NCBI GenBank assembly: GCA_963674755.2
Contig: CAXXVS010000003.1
Coordinates: forward strand, 192,001-256,000
DNA length: 64,000 nt
Direction: 5' to 3'
From: Desulfobacterales bacterium
Lineage (GTDB): Bacteria > Desulfobacterota > Desulfobacteria > Desulfobacterales > UBA5852
Shown: positions 39,015 through 48,204 of the stretch, one piece after another
Numbering within the stretch: the stretch's first letter is position 1
Layout: each line of letters begins with the position of its first letter
Translations under genes and position numbers: made by a program
The notes under the pieces: model-generated
Told to the model about the DNA's origin: nothing
Database searches by the model: none
The model's input: only the letters and a program-made list of their open reading frames with translations

Positions 39015-39407
39015 ATGAGTTCAGCCGTCAGCAGGCCTCCCGCGGCAGAGCCCGCGCGGGCATTAAAACATTTCACAAGCTTGCTCGAATTCGAAACCGA
39101 TTGCTGGGATGTTCACCACGCCATCACCAATGATCGAAAAGACTTTGTTCTGCTGGATGTCCGTGGTGAGGCGCTTTATGCGCGGGGCCACATCGAAGGC
39201 GCCATCATCCTGCCGCACCCACGGATCAATGCCGATACCCTCAAAGAATATCCACCCGATACGCTGTTTGTGGTCTATTGCGCCGGCCCCCACTGCAATG
39301 GTGCCGATAAGGCCGCCGTTCGCCTGGCCAAACTCGGGCGGCCGGTGAAAAAGATGATTGGCGGTGTAACGGGCTGGCTTGATGAAGGTTTCAGCCTGAC
39401 CCCATAG
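39015..39407 (+). CDS. Rhodanese-like domain protein
   Basis: LLDVR, GHIEGA, VVYCAGPHCNG, GGVTGW; GGAGG RBS. Confidence 0.9.
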   Translation: MSSAVSRPPAAEPARALKHFTSLLEFETDCWDVHHAITNDRKDFVLLDVRGEALYARGHIEGAIILPHPRINADTLKEYPPDTLFVVYCAGPHCNGADKAAVRLAKLGRPVKKMIGGVTGWLDEGFSLTP

Positions 39408-39580
39408 AGTCCTTATCTATCCGAGGGACATATATCGCTTGTACACCAAAAGGGGGCGCCGGAAGACCTCTAAACCAGACTGGCCGGACGGGAAGCCCCG
39501 CGTAGCAGGAAAATCCCCGTCCCCGGCCGTCCTCCCATTTCCTTATTCCGATACCCATGACTTGGACCGGGAAAGGCCTT

Positions 39581-40894
39581 TCATGGGGTGCATTTATCGC
39601 CCGCAATATCCTTATTGAACACCTCCATCCCCTTTTTCATGGCGCAAAAATCCCCGCACATGGTGCATGTTTCGGCTTGCTCCGGCTGACGGCTGTCACG
39701 GATCGCCTGGGCCGCTTCCGGGAAGAGCAAAAGGTCCTGGAGATCGTCCCAGCGCATATCCCGGCGGGCCATGGCCGCCTGGCGGTCGCAATCCCGTCGC
39801 TGGGGATATTTGCTCAGGTCGCCGATATGCACGGCCAGCCGGGTGACCCGGACGCCTTCGCGCACATCGGCTTCGGTGGGCAGGGCCAGGTGCTCGGCCG
39901 GGGTGATGTAACAGATCAGATCGGCCCCGTGCCGCGCCGAGGCAGCCGCGCCGATGGCGGCTGTGACATGGTCGTAACCAGCCCCCAGGTCCGTCGGGAT
40001 CGGACCCAGCATATAGTAGGGAGCGCCCCCGCTCATGCGCTTTTCAAGCATGATGTTGCCGGCGATTTCGTCCAAGGGAACGTGTCCCGGGCCCTCGACC
40101 ATGGTCTGGCAGCCCATCTCGCGCCCGATCTCAGCCAGTTCGCAGTTGATGATCATCTCGGCCATCTGGGCGCGGTCGTGGCTGTCATGGATGGCGCCCG
40201 CCCGAATGCCGTTGCCCAGGGAAAGCACGGCGTCGTATTGCTTCATCAGGTTGCAGACCCGGTCGAACTGCTCGTAGAGGGGATTCTCTTTTTTGTTCAT
40301 GTCCATCCAGGCCACCATGAAGGTCCCGCCCTTGGAGGCGAGACCCCCATAGCGAAACCCCTGTTTGCGCAGTCGTCGGATGGTGTACTGGTTAATGCCG
40401 CAGTGGATGGCCATGAAACTCAGGCCGTCGGCCAATTGCTTTTCGATGAGGTCGAAGAGGTATTCGGGGTCCATCTTGGCGGGGTTGCGGGTTTTGCGGA
40501 TCGTTTCTTTGAAAGCCTGGTAGAGGGGGACGTTGCCCACCGGCCGGGATGTGGCGGCCAGCACCGCACGCCGCACGGTATCCAAATCACCTCCGGCGGA
40601 CAGTTCCATGAGGGTGTCGGCCCCCTCCTCCTCGGCAGCGAGGGCTTTGCGCACCTCCTGATCGATGTCGCAGATATCCGACGAGGTGCCGATCGACGCG
40701 TTGACCTTGGTCCGCAGGCCGCGGCCGATGCCGACCGCTTTCTGTCCCTTGCGAAAGGGGTTGTTGGGGATCACGATCCGGCCTTGGGCAACCCGCCTGC
40801 GGATGATGTCCGCATCGATCTTTTCATCATCCGCCACGGATTGCATCTGGGGGCTGATAACGCCTTCTTTAGCCAATTCGATCTGTGTCTTCAT
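39581..40894 (-). CDS. bzaF: ThiC paralogue, probable 5-hydroxybenzimidazole synthase
   Basis: ThiC fold (TKVNASIG, EGPGHVP, YITPAEHL, CTMCGDFC) but with ASKGG and GNGIRAG in place of ThiC's VSRGG and GDGLRPG; preceded by a cobalamin riboswitch rather than a TPP riboswitch. Confidence 0.8.
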   Translation of the reverse strand: MKTQIELAKEGVISPQMQSVADDEKIDADIIRRRVAQGRIVIPNNPFRKGQKAVGIGRGLRTKVNASIGTSSDICDIDQEVRKALAAEEEGADTLMELSAGGDLDTVRRAVLAATSRPVGNVPLYQAFKETIRKTRNPAKMDPEYLFDLIEKQLADGLSFMAIHCGINQYTIRRLRKQGFRYGGLASKGGTFMVAWMDMNKKENPLYEQFDRVCNLMKQYDAVLSLGNGIRAGAIHDSHDRAQMAEMIINCELAEIGREMGCQTMVEGPGHVPLDEIAGNIMLEKRMSGGAPYYMLGPIPTDLGAGYDHVTAAIGAAASARHGADLICYITPAEHLALPTEADVREGVRVTRLAVHIGDLSKYPQRRDCDRQAAMARRDMRWDDLQDLLLFPEAAQAIRDSRQPEQAETCTMCGDFCAMKKGMEVFNKDIAGDKCTP

Positions 40895-40949
40895 GGGATG
40901 TCCTCCTTTTGGGCTCGGAACGGGGCGCCGGGCGGGTTTGCCGCCCCAC

Positions 40950-40992
40950 AAAAAAACCCCGGACCGAAAATGAATTTTCAGCCTGGGGTTTT
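40950..40992 (-). terminator. Leader terminator (riboswitch expression platform)
   Basis: Minus strand CCCCAGGCTGAAAATTCATTTTCGGTCCGGGG followed by TTTTTTT, between the aptamer and the bzaF start. Confidence 0.7.
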
Positions 40993-41019
40993 GCCATCAC
41001 CACCAAGACACATCGCTCC

Positions 41020-41195
41020 ACGGCAGGTCTTCTGACTTGCGGATCGCTCTACCGGCTGCGCCTTCCCGCATCGTTTCGGACAATTTCACACGATGCAGTG
41101 GCTGCTGCAGCCCTCGTCCCCGCTCACAGCGACGGGTTCGTCCCGGACTTGCACCGGGTTCCCTATTATCCTTTAAACGTAAAAGGCACCGTGAA
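41020..41195 (-). ncRNA. Cobalamin riboswitch
   Basis: Minus strand GGTGCC...AATAGGGAACCCGGTGCAAGTCCGGGAC...CCCGTCGCTGTGA...GCCACTG...GGGAAGGC...AAGTCAGAAGACCTGCC (B12 box). Confidence 0.93.
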
Positions 41196-41616
41196 GCATC
41201 ATTGAATTTGGACGCCAAACTGTGATGAAAGACGGGGGCTTGTCAATGGTTTTTTTGACCGCCTGGTGTGGAGCGATTATCTGAAAAGGCAGAATTGAAA
41301 AGTGAATCAGACCTTTTGCGAAAGGCTGCTACGCGGGGAGCGTCTACGTGGCCTTGGCAGCAAGGTACTCTATGATCTTACTTTCAATAGCAAAATCGCA
41401 GTAATAAGAGCCACTATGCAATTTTAAGGCTAATTGCAACTACTATCAGTAGATTGGCTTGGGGCGACCTGTCTCCCAGGTCGAAGATCTAACGGACAAC
41501 CAAATAGGCCTTCCAATTAGATTGCACCCTAAAAAACAGCTCGGACGGATCCGGCCGTCAAAAGCAACAAACCTTCATAGGTCATTTTGAGGGTTATCGG
41601 GATGCAGTCAGTCCGA

Positions 41617-44136
41617 TTAAAAGCCGACCGGGACTTCCACCGCAATACCTAATTCCGTGGCTACGGGTGTATAAAGGTCCACGGTTTCCTCTGGGGTGGT
41701 GATGGACACCACCAAGCTGTACCGGGTACGGCTGGCCCACTTTCCCAAATGCGCACGCTCCCGCCACCAGCCGATGACGGGATAGATTCCAATCACATTG
41801 GATTCTGCCAGATCAGCAGCGGACCCCTCCCAAATGTCGGAGTGGATCGAACCTCTGTTTCTACCGGTCGGTCCGATGACCCAATTTTTCGAAGTGGCAT
41901 GGGAAGATCCATCCTCATCGCTTTCCTGCTGTGCAGCTGCGTTGATACTCCGGAGGAATTCACCGCTGGTTTCGGTCGGAGCTTTAACCCTGAACCGCAG
42001 CCCGTAAGATGCATACCGGTACCGATCTTTCCAGCCGATCTCACCAGGGCCTGGTTCGATGAAATAGGAAAGCGTGACGCGCATCGACACCGGGGTTGTT
42101 GGATCAAGAGCAAGAAGCGCATCCTTTGGCCATGGCAGGTCGTAGAGGTGCATGTCCCTAGTCCGATAGCCGCTGCCCTTTTCCTTCCTATCAAACGGCT
42201 GCAGCTCGACCTCGGAGATGAGTGTGAGAGAGTTGGACGCGCTGAACAGGGCGGCGTTCAGGTCCGGGACCCCGTACCCGCAGATCCGCAACAGTTTGGC
42301 ATAGTCGGTCCTTCCAGTGCTGCCTTGGAGGAACTGCTCTTTCATGGTGTCCGTCCAGTTTGCCGAATGAACCATGAGCGCCCGAATCGTTTCCGGCCAT
42401 AGATTGGGATACCCGCTTTGCAGCTGGGCCGCGAACCATGCAGCCTGTGCAGCTGCTGCGCTTGTCATGTAGAATGGCCAGAAGTGGCTTTCTACTGGCC
42501 GGTAATACGTAGACAGAACAGAAAGGTCTTCTATCTCAGATGGAAAGTCACCCGGACCGCGGCCCAAATTCCCGCCTTCCATCACGATGTCGGGCTTATT
42601 CGGCCACTTGTTCTCCCAGATATTGGATGTCGTACTGTAAGGTGAGAGGCCTTCCCGTGGAGCAACCGGGGAATAGCCTGCGTATTCCTTAGATACGATT
42701 TGATCGTATTCTGTATAGGCACCGACCGTAAGAGCATTCCAGGATTGCCCAGGATCATGAATCGAGTCTGTCACCTGGGCTTCGGGATAGGTAATCGCAT
42801 CCGACAGGCTGGAAATGTTCCCCGCACTAAGAATGAACAACCTTCGCTTACTGTCATCATCATCAGAACCGGAAGCCAGTTGATCAATCTTGCCGGACCA
42901 GGAAGTGGGACGACCACGGTCTCGGTTGTCGGCTGCAGTAACCGGCATGCACAATGCCCGGCGTCTTTCGGGTCGAGAAATCTCCACGAGGTAGACTCCC
43001 TGGGCTGTGATGAAACCCCAAAGATCCGGATGATTCTCATTTGGCGGTGGTGGGAGGATCTTCGACGATTCAAGCCTATGCTGAACAATGACAGGTTCCC
43101 TTCCGGTCACACACGATTTCAGATTGCCATAGCACGCTACCCCGGCCATAAGTGTCCCGTGCTTGTCGTGATCTTCAACACCCCACGCGGGATCCACGGA
43201 ATGACAATCTTCATCTGCAAGCGCCGGCGCCAGAAGGGGGTGCCCGTTGTTTACCCCGGTATCCAGAAGGCAAACGGAAGTTTGAGCGTCCGGTTGAACA
43301 TACAGACGGCTCAAAAGATCCTCAACCCATTCGGCCTGGCCCGCGTTGTCCATTTCGGTTAGGAATGATGCTGTCGTTTTTGCAAGCCGGTATTCTGCGA
43401 TGTCATCCGACCGGGCGGAGAGTCTTTCCAGTTGTATTCTGGTGGCCCGAACCACTTTCACCGCACGCTCCGGGAACGATATGGTTCCTTTTCGGGATTC
43501 AATTCCTTCCTCTTCCAACAGCTTTTCGAATCGGGAAACAACCTCCTTGCTGTCGCTGCTCAGCCAAATCTCACACCACTCCGGTTCCTCTTTTGGGATG
43601 AGAGCCTTGTCATCGGTCCAGAATGATTCGACACGGAGCGCCTTCCGGATATCCCCGATGCTTTGAACCAGTTCCCACTGCGAGGGTTTTCCCGTTGGAG
43701 TCTCCTTCTCCGCGAAAGCCTCCAGCCGATCCAAAAAATAGTTTCTCATGTCGTTCGCAACAAATACAGTTGCAAAAGTGGTGACCTTGCCAACGGTCTC
43801 GCCAGTTACAGGATCTTCCGATTCCGAAACCTCGGTCCGCACGTTTAAAAGCCGCACTCTTCTGGTTCGAAACTCTTCGAGTTTACGAATCGAAAGGTCG
43901 AAATCGGGATCGCTCTGGAATTCGACATAAACACCGTGACGATCAGCATGAAACACGGCGCGTTCAGAGTTGGCCTTCTGCCATGCTTCTTCAAATTTTT
44001 TTATAAGGAATTGACTGTGATGCTGACGGTCTCTTGGAGGGATGCGGGGTTTGGCTCCCCGGGTTGGTCTTGTGGTGTAGGCTATTGCGGCAGGTGGACG
44101 CTCCAGGACGATGTGACGCCACTGTTCATGTGCCAT
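41617..44136 (-). CDS. ietS: S8 subtilase-family serine peptidase (IetS-like)
   Basis: CLLDTGV (Asp), HGTLMAG (His), SAGN, KPDIVMEGGN, TSAAAA (Ser), PETIRALMVHSA, GYG.P; no signal peptide; immediately downstream of an AAA ATPase. Confidence 0.8.
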   Translation of the reverse strand: MAHEQWRHIVLERPPAAIAYTTRPTRGAKPRIPPRDRQHHSQFLIKKFEEAWQKANSERAVFHADRHGVYVEFQSDPDFDLSIRKLEEFRTRRVRLLNVRTEVSESEDPVTGETVGKVTTFATVFVANDMRNYFLDRLEAFAEKETPTGKPSQWELVQSIGDIRKALRVESFWTDDKALIPKEEPEWCEIWLSSDSKEVVSRFEKLLEEEGIESRKGTISFPERAVKVVRATRIQLERLSARSDDIAEYRLAKTTASFLTEMDNAGQAEWVEDLLSRLYVQPDAQTSVCLLDTGVNNGHPLLAPALADEDCHSVDPAWGVEDHDKHGTLMAGVACYGNLKSCVTGREPVIVQHRLESSKILPPPPNENHPDLWGFITAQGVYLVEISRPERRRALCMPVTAADNRDRGRPTSWSGKIDQLASGSDDDDSKRRLFILSAGNISSLSDAITYPEAQVTDSIHDPGQSWNALTVGAYTEYDQIVSKEYAGYSPVAPREGLSPYSTTSNIWENKWPNKPDIVMEGGNLGRGPGDFPSEIEDLSVLSTYYRPVESHFWPFYMTSAAAAQAAWFAAQLQSGYPNLWPETIRALMVHSANWTDTMKEQFLQGSTGRTDYAKLLRICGYGVPDLNAALFSASNSLTLISEVELQPFDRKEKGSGYRTRDMHLYDLPWPKDALLALDPTTPVSMRVTLSYFIEPGPGEIGWKDRYRYASYGLRFRVKAPTETSGEFLRSINAAAQQESDEDGSSHATSKNWVIGPTGRNRGSIHSDIWEGSAADLAESNVIGIYPVIGWWRERAHLGKWASRTRYSLVVSITTPEETVDLYTPVATELGIAVEVPVGF

Positions 44137-44151
44137 CGATTCCTCTCTCGG

Positions 44152-45117
44152 TTATCTGATGCGGTATGCTGCATGTCGTTCCTGCAAGAGCGTGTGGAAT
44201 GCTGTGAATGAGACGCTGCTTTTGTTGCCAAGGATGCACAGCTTGATCGCATCCCTGCAAGTGGTGTCGATCTCAGAATGGCTTAGTCCCTCCCCCTGCT
44301 GGGCAGCTTTCTCCAAGGGGAATCGCTTGCCGAGGAAAGTTCCCAATAGATTCGCTATTAGCCGCTTTCGCTGGTCTATATCCGGCATTTGGTAGTGGAG
44401 GATGTCATCGAAACGCCGGAAAAGAGCCCGGTCCAGTAACCGTGGATTGTTTGTGGCAGCGATGATGAGGTTGTCGGAGGGGTCGTTTTCGATGAATTGT
44501 AGAAAGGCGTTGAGCACTCGGCGCATCTCTCCAACGTCGTTGCCGAGATCACGCTCTCCTCCGATGGCGTCAAATTCATCAAAAAAATACACGCCCGGGG
44601 CGATTCGGATCCGGTCAAAGATCTGTCGGAGCTTGGCACCGGTTTCCCCCATGAACTTCGTCACCAGCCGATCCATCTGGATGATGTGCAGGGGCTGCTT
44701 GAGCTCGGAGGCCAGCACCTGGGCGGTCATAGTCTTGCCGGTTCCCGGAGGGCCGGACAACATCACCTTCCTGCGATGGGATAGGCCGTGCTTTTTCAAC
44801 CGGCCTTGCTGCCGGAACTCGGTAATAATCCGATCGATACGCTGTTTCAGATCGTCATGCACCACCAGGGACGCCAGCGGTCGGGAGGGCTCCTCCGATA
44901 GGATCAGTCCCGCCATGTCCTGGGGAAAGGCCAAAACCTTGGGGGATGTCGACCGACTCCGGGCCTTGTCCACCAGGTCCCGGATCTCGTACGCCAATCC
45001 ACTGTGGCCCTGTCTCGCTTCATGGGCCGCAATCTGCAATGCGGAAGCGTAGAACTGCTCAGTGTTATCATTCAGGTGTGACCGAATCAGGGACTTGATC
45101 TGTTCCGCTGTGGCCAT
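44152..45117 (-). CDS. ietA: AAA+ ATPase (IetA-like)
   Basis: MATAEQIKSLIRSH start, GPPGTGKT Walker A, FFDEFD Walker B, AATN, LDRALFRRFD. Confidence 0.85.
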   Translation of the reverse strand: MATAEQIKSLIRSHLNDNTEQFYASALQIAAHEARQGHSGLAYEIRDLVDKARSRSTSPKVLAFPQDMAGLILSEEPSRPLASLVVHDDLKQRIDRIITEFRQQGRLKKHGLSHRRKVMLSGPPGTGKTMTAQVLASELKQPLHIIQMDRLVTKFMGETGAKLRQIFDRIRIAPGVYFFDEFDAIGGERDLGNDVGEMRRVLNAFLQFIENDPSDNLIIAATNNPRLLDRALFRRFDDILHYQMPDIDQRKRLIANLLGTFLGKRFPLEKAAQQGEGLSHSEIDTTCRDAIKLCILGNKSSVSFTAFHTLLQERHAAYRIR

Positions 45118-45178
45118 GACGATACCTCGGATGTGCTGTTTCCCTTGCCGGTTCAGTAAGGGCAGATGAGTAGCTCTG

Positions 45179-45207
45179 ATCTTACACAGAGCCCCTCTCC
45201 TTGTCAA
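45179..45207 (-). promoter_or_regulatory. Sigma70 promoter of the ATPase/protease operon
   Basis: TTGACA-17 bp-TAAGAT on the minus strand. Confidence 0.6.
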
Positions 45208-45385
45208 AACCTCCAAGAGGTCTTCACCGTATCAGCCTCCCGCTTCCCACAACTAAAAGTGAAAGGCAAGGTAGGGAACGTCTATGTTATCATGTTTTTT
45301 AACCGAGGGTGAATTTCTCGTCGGTCATATACCCACTATGTCAGCATCTGGAGGGATAGAGGTGACATTCCATATTCCCCTGAGT

Positions 45386-47683
45386 TTATCTACGCTCGTC
45401 TGCGCTATCGTTCCCCCAGGCCCAATCCTTCCTCACTTCCTCGACTTGCGCGAGGGTAGATGCCGCCAGCATCTGCCGGGCATACGCTTCCGCCCGGGTT
45501 ACCGACATGGCGCGGATGGTTTTTTGCAGGACGGGCAGAAATTGGGGATCCACGCTTAGCCGCCGGATGCCGATGCCGATCAAGAACGGAACGAAATCCT
45601 TCTGGTGGGCTACTTCACCGCATACGGAGACCGGGACCTGGCTGTCCGTCGCCCTTTGAATGATGCGGGCCAAGGCGCGCAGGACGGAGGGATGGTAGGG
45701 TTGGTAATAGGCCGCAACATGTTTGTTCGTGCGGTCGGCCGCCAGCATGTACTGGGTGAAATCATTGGTGCCGATGGAGAGGAAATCGGCTTCCCGGGCC
45801 AGCTCGTCGATGATCTCGACCAGGGCAGGCAATTCGATCATGGCGCCCAGCTGTGGTTCGCCATGGTGCGGCAGTTTTTCTTCGTTCAGCGCTGCCATGG
45901 CTTGCCGGACGGTCTGTCGCGCGGTCCTGAATTCATCGATGGAGGAAATCATGGGAAACATGATGCCCAATGACGGGGAGCGCGCCCCGGCCCGCAAAAT
46001 GGCCCGGATCTGCTGATCGAAGATGTCGCGGTAGCGCAGGGAGAATCGGATGGAGCGCAATCCCAGTTCCGGGTTGTCTTCCTGGAGCGTATCGAGATAG
46101 GGAAGCACTTTGTCGCCGCCCACATCCAACGTTCTGATCCAGACCGGGCGCTTGTCCATCTTATTGAACAGCTGCTCATAGACCAGCCGCTGTTCTTCTT
46201 CCGAGGGCAAACCGGCGCGAACGATAAACGGAAATTCCGACCGATAAAGTCCGATGCCCTCGGCTTTGAGCTCCCGGGCCAGGTCCAGCTCGCTCAACAA
46301 ATTGATATTGGCCATCAGGTGGATGCGCACCTTGTCCCGGGTCAGGGTTTCGGGGGCCATTTTTACCCCGGGGCCGGAGGTTTTGCGGAGGGCCCGGTTG
46401 CGCTGGTCATACTGTCGGCAGACATCCCGGGAGGGATCGACATAGAATGTTCCGACATCGGCATCCATGAGCACAGGGGTATCATAGGGGATCTTCAATA
46501 AATCAGGATACAGGGCGATGATGGTGGGTATCTTCAGGGACCGGGCAATGATGGTGACATGGGAGGTGACGCCGCCGCCGGCCAGAATGATGCCGGCCAC
46601 CGACTCGGAGGCCAGTTTAAGGATGTCCGAGGGATAAAGCTGATTGGCGATGACAATGCGGCCCTCCATGGGGCTCTGCCCGGTCATCGTGTGCTTGCGC
46701 AGGTTGAACAGCAGCCGCCGCACCAGATCTTCGATATCTTTTGATTTCTCCCGGATATAGGCGTTGGGACTTCTTTCGAACAGGTCGATAAAATGGCGGG
46801 CCACACGGCGAATCGCCGCCGGTGCGGACAGCCCGTCGCTTATGAGCTGCGCTATTTGTTGAACGAACCGGGGATCTTTCAGAATCATGTGGTGGGCTTC
46901 GAAGATCAACACCGCGCTTTCCGGCAGCCGGCGGACCATTTCCTCCTGGAGCTGGGTGAGTTGATCGACGGTTTTGGCCATGGCGTCCTGAAAATGCCCT
47001 AGCCCGGCATTGAATTGATCGTCGGCAACATCCTCCATCAGGGGATCGGACGAATGCATGGTCATCGCCGGTGCCAGGGCAAACCCATTGACCGCGGCTT
47101 CGCCCTTAAACATTTGCATGCCGACTGGCATGGCTGGCGCGTCGGCCATGGTGGCCGAAGGGGTGAGGGACATCATCAGGCGCGCGTGGGCAATGGTGCC
47201 GGCCAATTGGGCGGCGATGGCTTTGAGCGCCATCACATCCGCCGGGGTGAAAAAATCGGCGTCGGTGTGCTGGACAACCAGAACGCCTGTTTTTTCAGCG
47301 CCGTAACTGATGGGAACCGACAGGAATGATTTGAAGCGTTCCTCCATCGAGCTTTCAAAATATTTGAAGCGCGGATTATGGCAGGCGTCGCCGTCGCAAA
47401 CCGGGGCCATCTGTTCGAGGGTCCAGCCGACCAATCCCTCGCCGATTTCCATCCGCACCCGCTCCACAGAATCGGGGTGCAGCCCCACCGTGGCTTTGAG
47501 TACCAGGATGCCCGAGTCGGCTTCCAAAAGGTAGATCGATCCCACATCGGCGTGCAAGTGCAAGGCCACGAGGTGGACGGCCTGTTGCAGGAAGTTGTCG
47601 ATGTCTTTGCTTTCCGACATCAGGTTGGACAATTCGCCGATGTCGCAAATCAAGCTCAGGTGCTCCGTTTTGGCTTTCTCCAT
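45386..47683 (-). CDS. ptsP: PEP-protein phosphotransferase EI-Ntr (GAF + EI)
   Basis: N-terminal GAF domain; TSH phospho-His, GIGLYRSEF, RTLDVGGDK, NPELGLR, SIGTNDFTQY, VCGE. Confidence 0.93.
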   Translation of the reverse strand: MEKAKTEHLSLICDIGELSNLMSESKDIDNFLQQAVHLVALHLHADVGSIYLLEADSGILVLKATVGLHPDSVERVRMEIGEGLVGWTLEQMAPVCDGDACHNPRFKYFESSMEERFKSFLSVPISYGAEKTGVLVVQHTDADFFTPADVMALKAIAAQLAGTIAHARLMMSLTPSATMADAPAMPVGMQMFKGEAAVNGFALAPAMTMHSSDPLMEDVADDQFNAGLGHFQDAMAKTVDQLTQLQEEMVRRLPESAVLIFEAHHMILKDPRFVQQIAQLISDGLSAPAAIRRVARHFIDLFERSPNAYIREKSKDIEDLVRRLLFNLRKHTMTGQSPMEGRIVIANQLYPSDILKLASESVAGIILAGGGVTSHVTIIARSLKIPTIIALYPDLLKIPYDTPVLMDADVGTFYVDPSRDVCRQYDQRNRALRKTSGPGVKMAPETLTRDKVRIHLMANINLLSELDLARELKAEGIGLYRSEFPFIVRAGLPSEEEQRLVYEQLFNKMDKRPVWIRTLDVGGDKVLPYLDTLQEDNPELGLRSIRFSLRYRDIFDQQIRAILRAGARSPSLGIMFPMISSIDEFRTARQTVRQAMAALNEEKLPHHGEPQLGAMIELPALVEIIDELAREADFLSIGTNDFTQYMLAADRTNKHVAAYYQPYHPSVLRALARIIQRATDSQVPVSVCGEVAHQKDFVPFLIGIGIRRLSVDPQFLPVLQKTIRAMSVTRAEAYARQMLAASTLAQVEEVRKDWAWGNDSADERR

Positions 47684-48016
47684 GAAACAGCTCTTTCTAT
47701 GGATAACCGCCCTTGAGGACGGCAATCAAGGAACGGCTTAGGGACGTCTTTGTCGGGTTTTCCGGTCTGACCAAGCTAAAATGAACTCCATGACTAATCG
47801 ACTTGAAAATTTCCGTCAAGGTACTCCGATAACCCTCTTTTAGGGTCCAAAATCACGGTGGATGCAGCCCCCGCCGCGGCCCGGGCGAAAGATAAGCATC
47901 AAGCCACGGCGGGCGGTGGCCCAATTCCCAAAGGCCAACCCTAAAATCTTTCCGATCGCGAACGGGCCAAAACGGCACCCGCTTGTCAGATGAACCATTA
48001 GGTGTAAAATAAACGC

Positions 48017-48130
48017 ATGCCAAAATGGTTTCTTTTACCCGGTATGGGCGCAACACCGGCCATGTACGATGCGTTGCGCTCCGTGATTGATTTTGAGGTC
48101 AACTTCCCCGATTGGCCGGTGACCCCATGA
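48017..48130 (+). pseudogene. Truncated alpha/beta hydrolase N-terminus
   Basis: MPKWFLLPGMGATPAMY...DWP, then a stop after 37 codons. Confidence 0.45.
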
Positions 48131-48204
48131 TTTTATGCCTATCTGGAATCAGTAAATACCAGTGAAAAAAACACGCAGGCACCTTAAACGAAGGGAGCAT
48201 CCGA

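Noticed and set aside
39581..40894. thiC (HMP-P synthase)
   Set aside because: The cobalamin riboswitch and altered signature motifs favour bzaF.
41250..41616. att site or ncRNA in the AT-rich gap beside the protease gene
   Set aside because: Only short hairpins are present, and I found no direct repeat matching the other flank (45210-45385).
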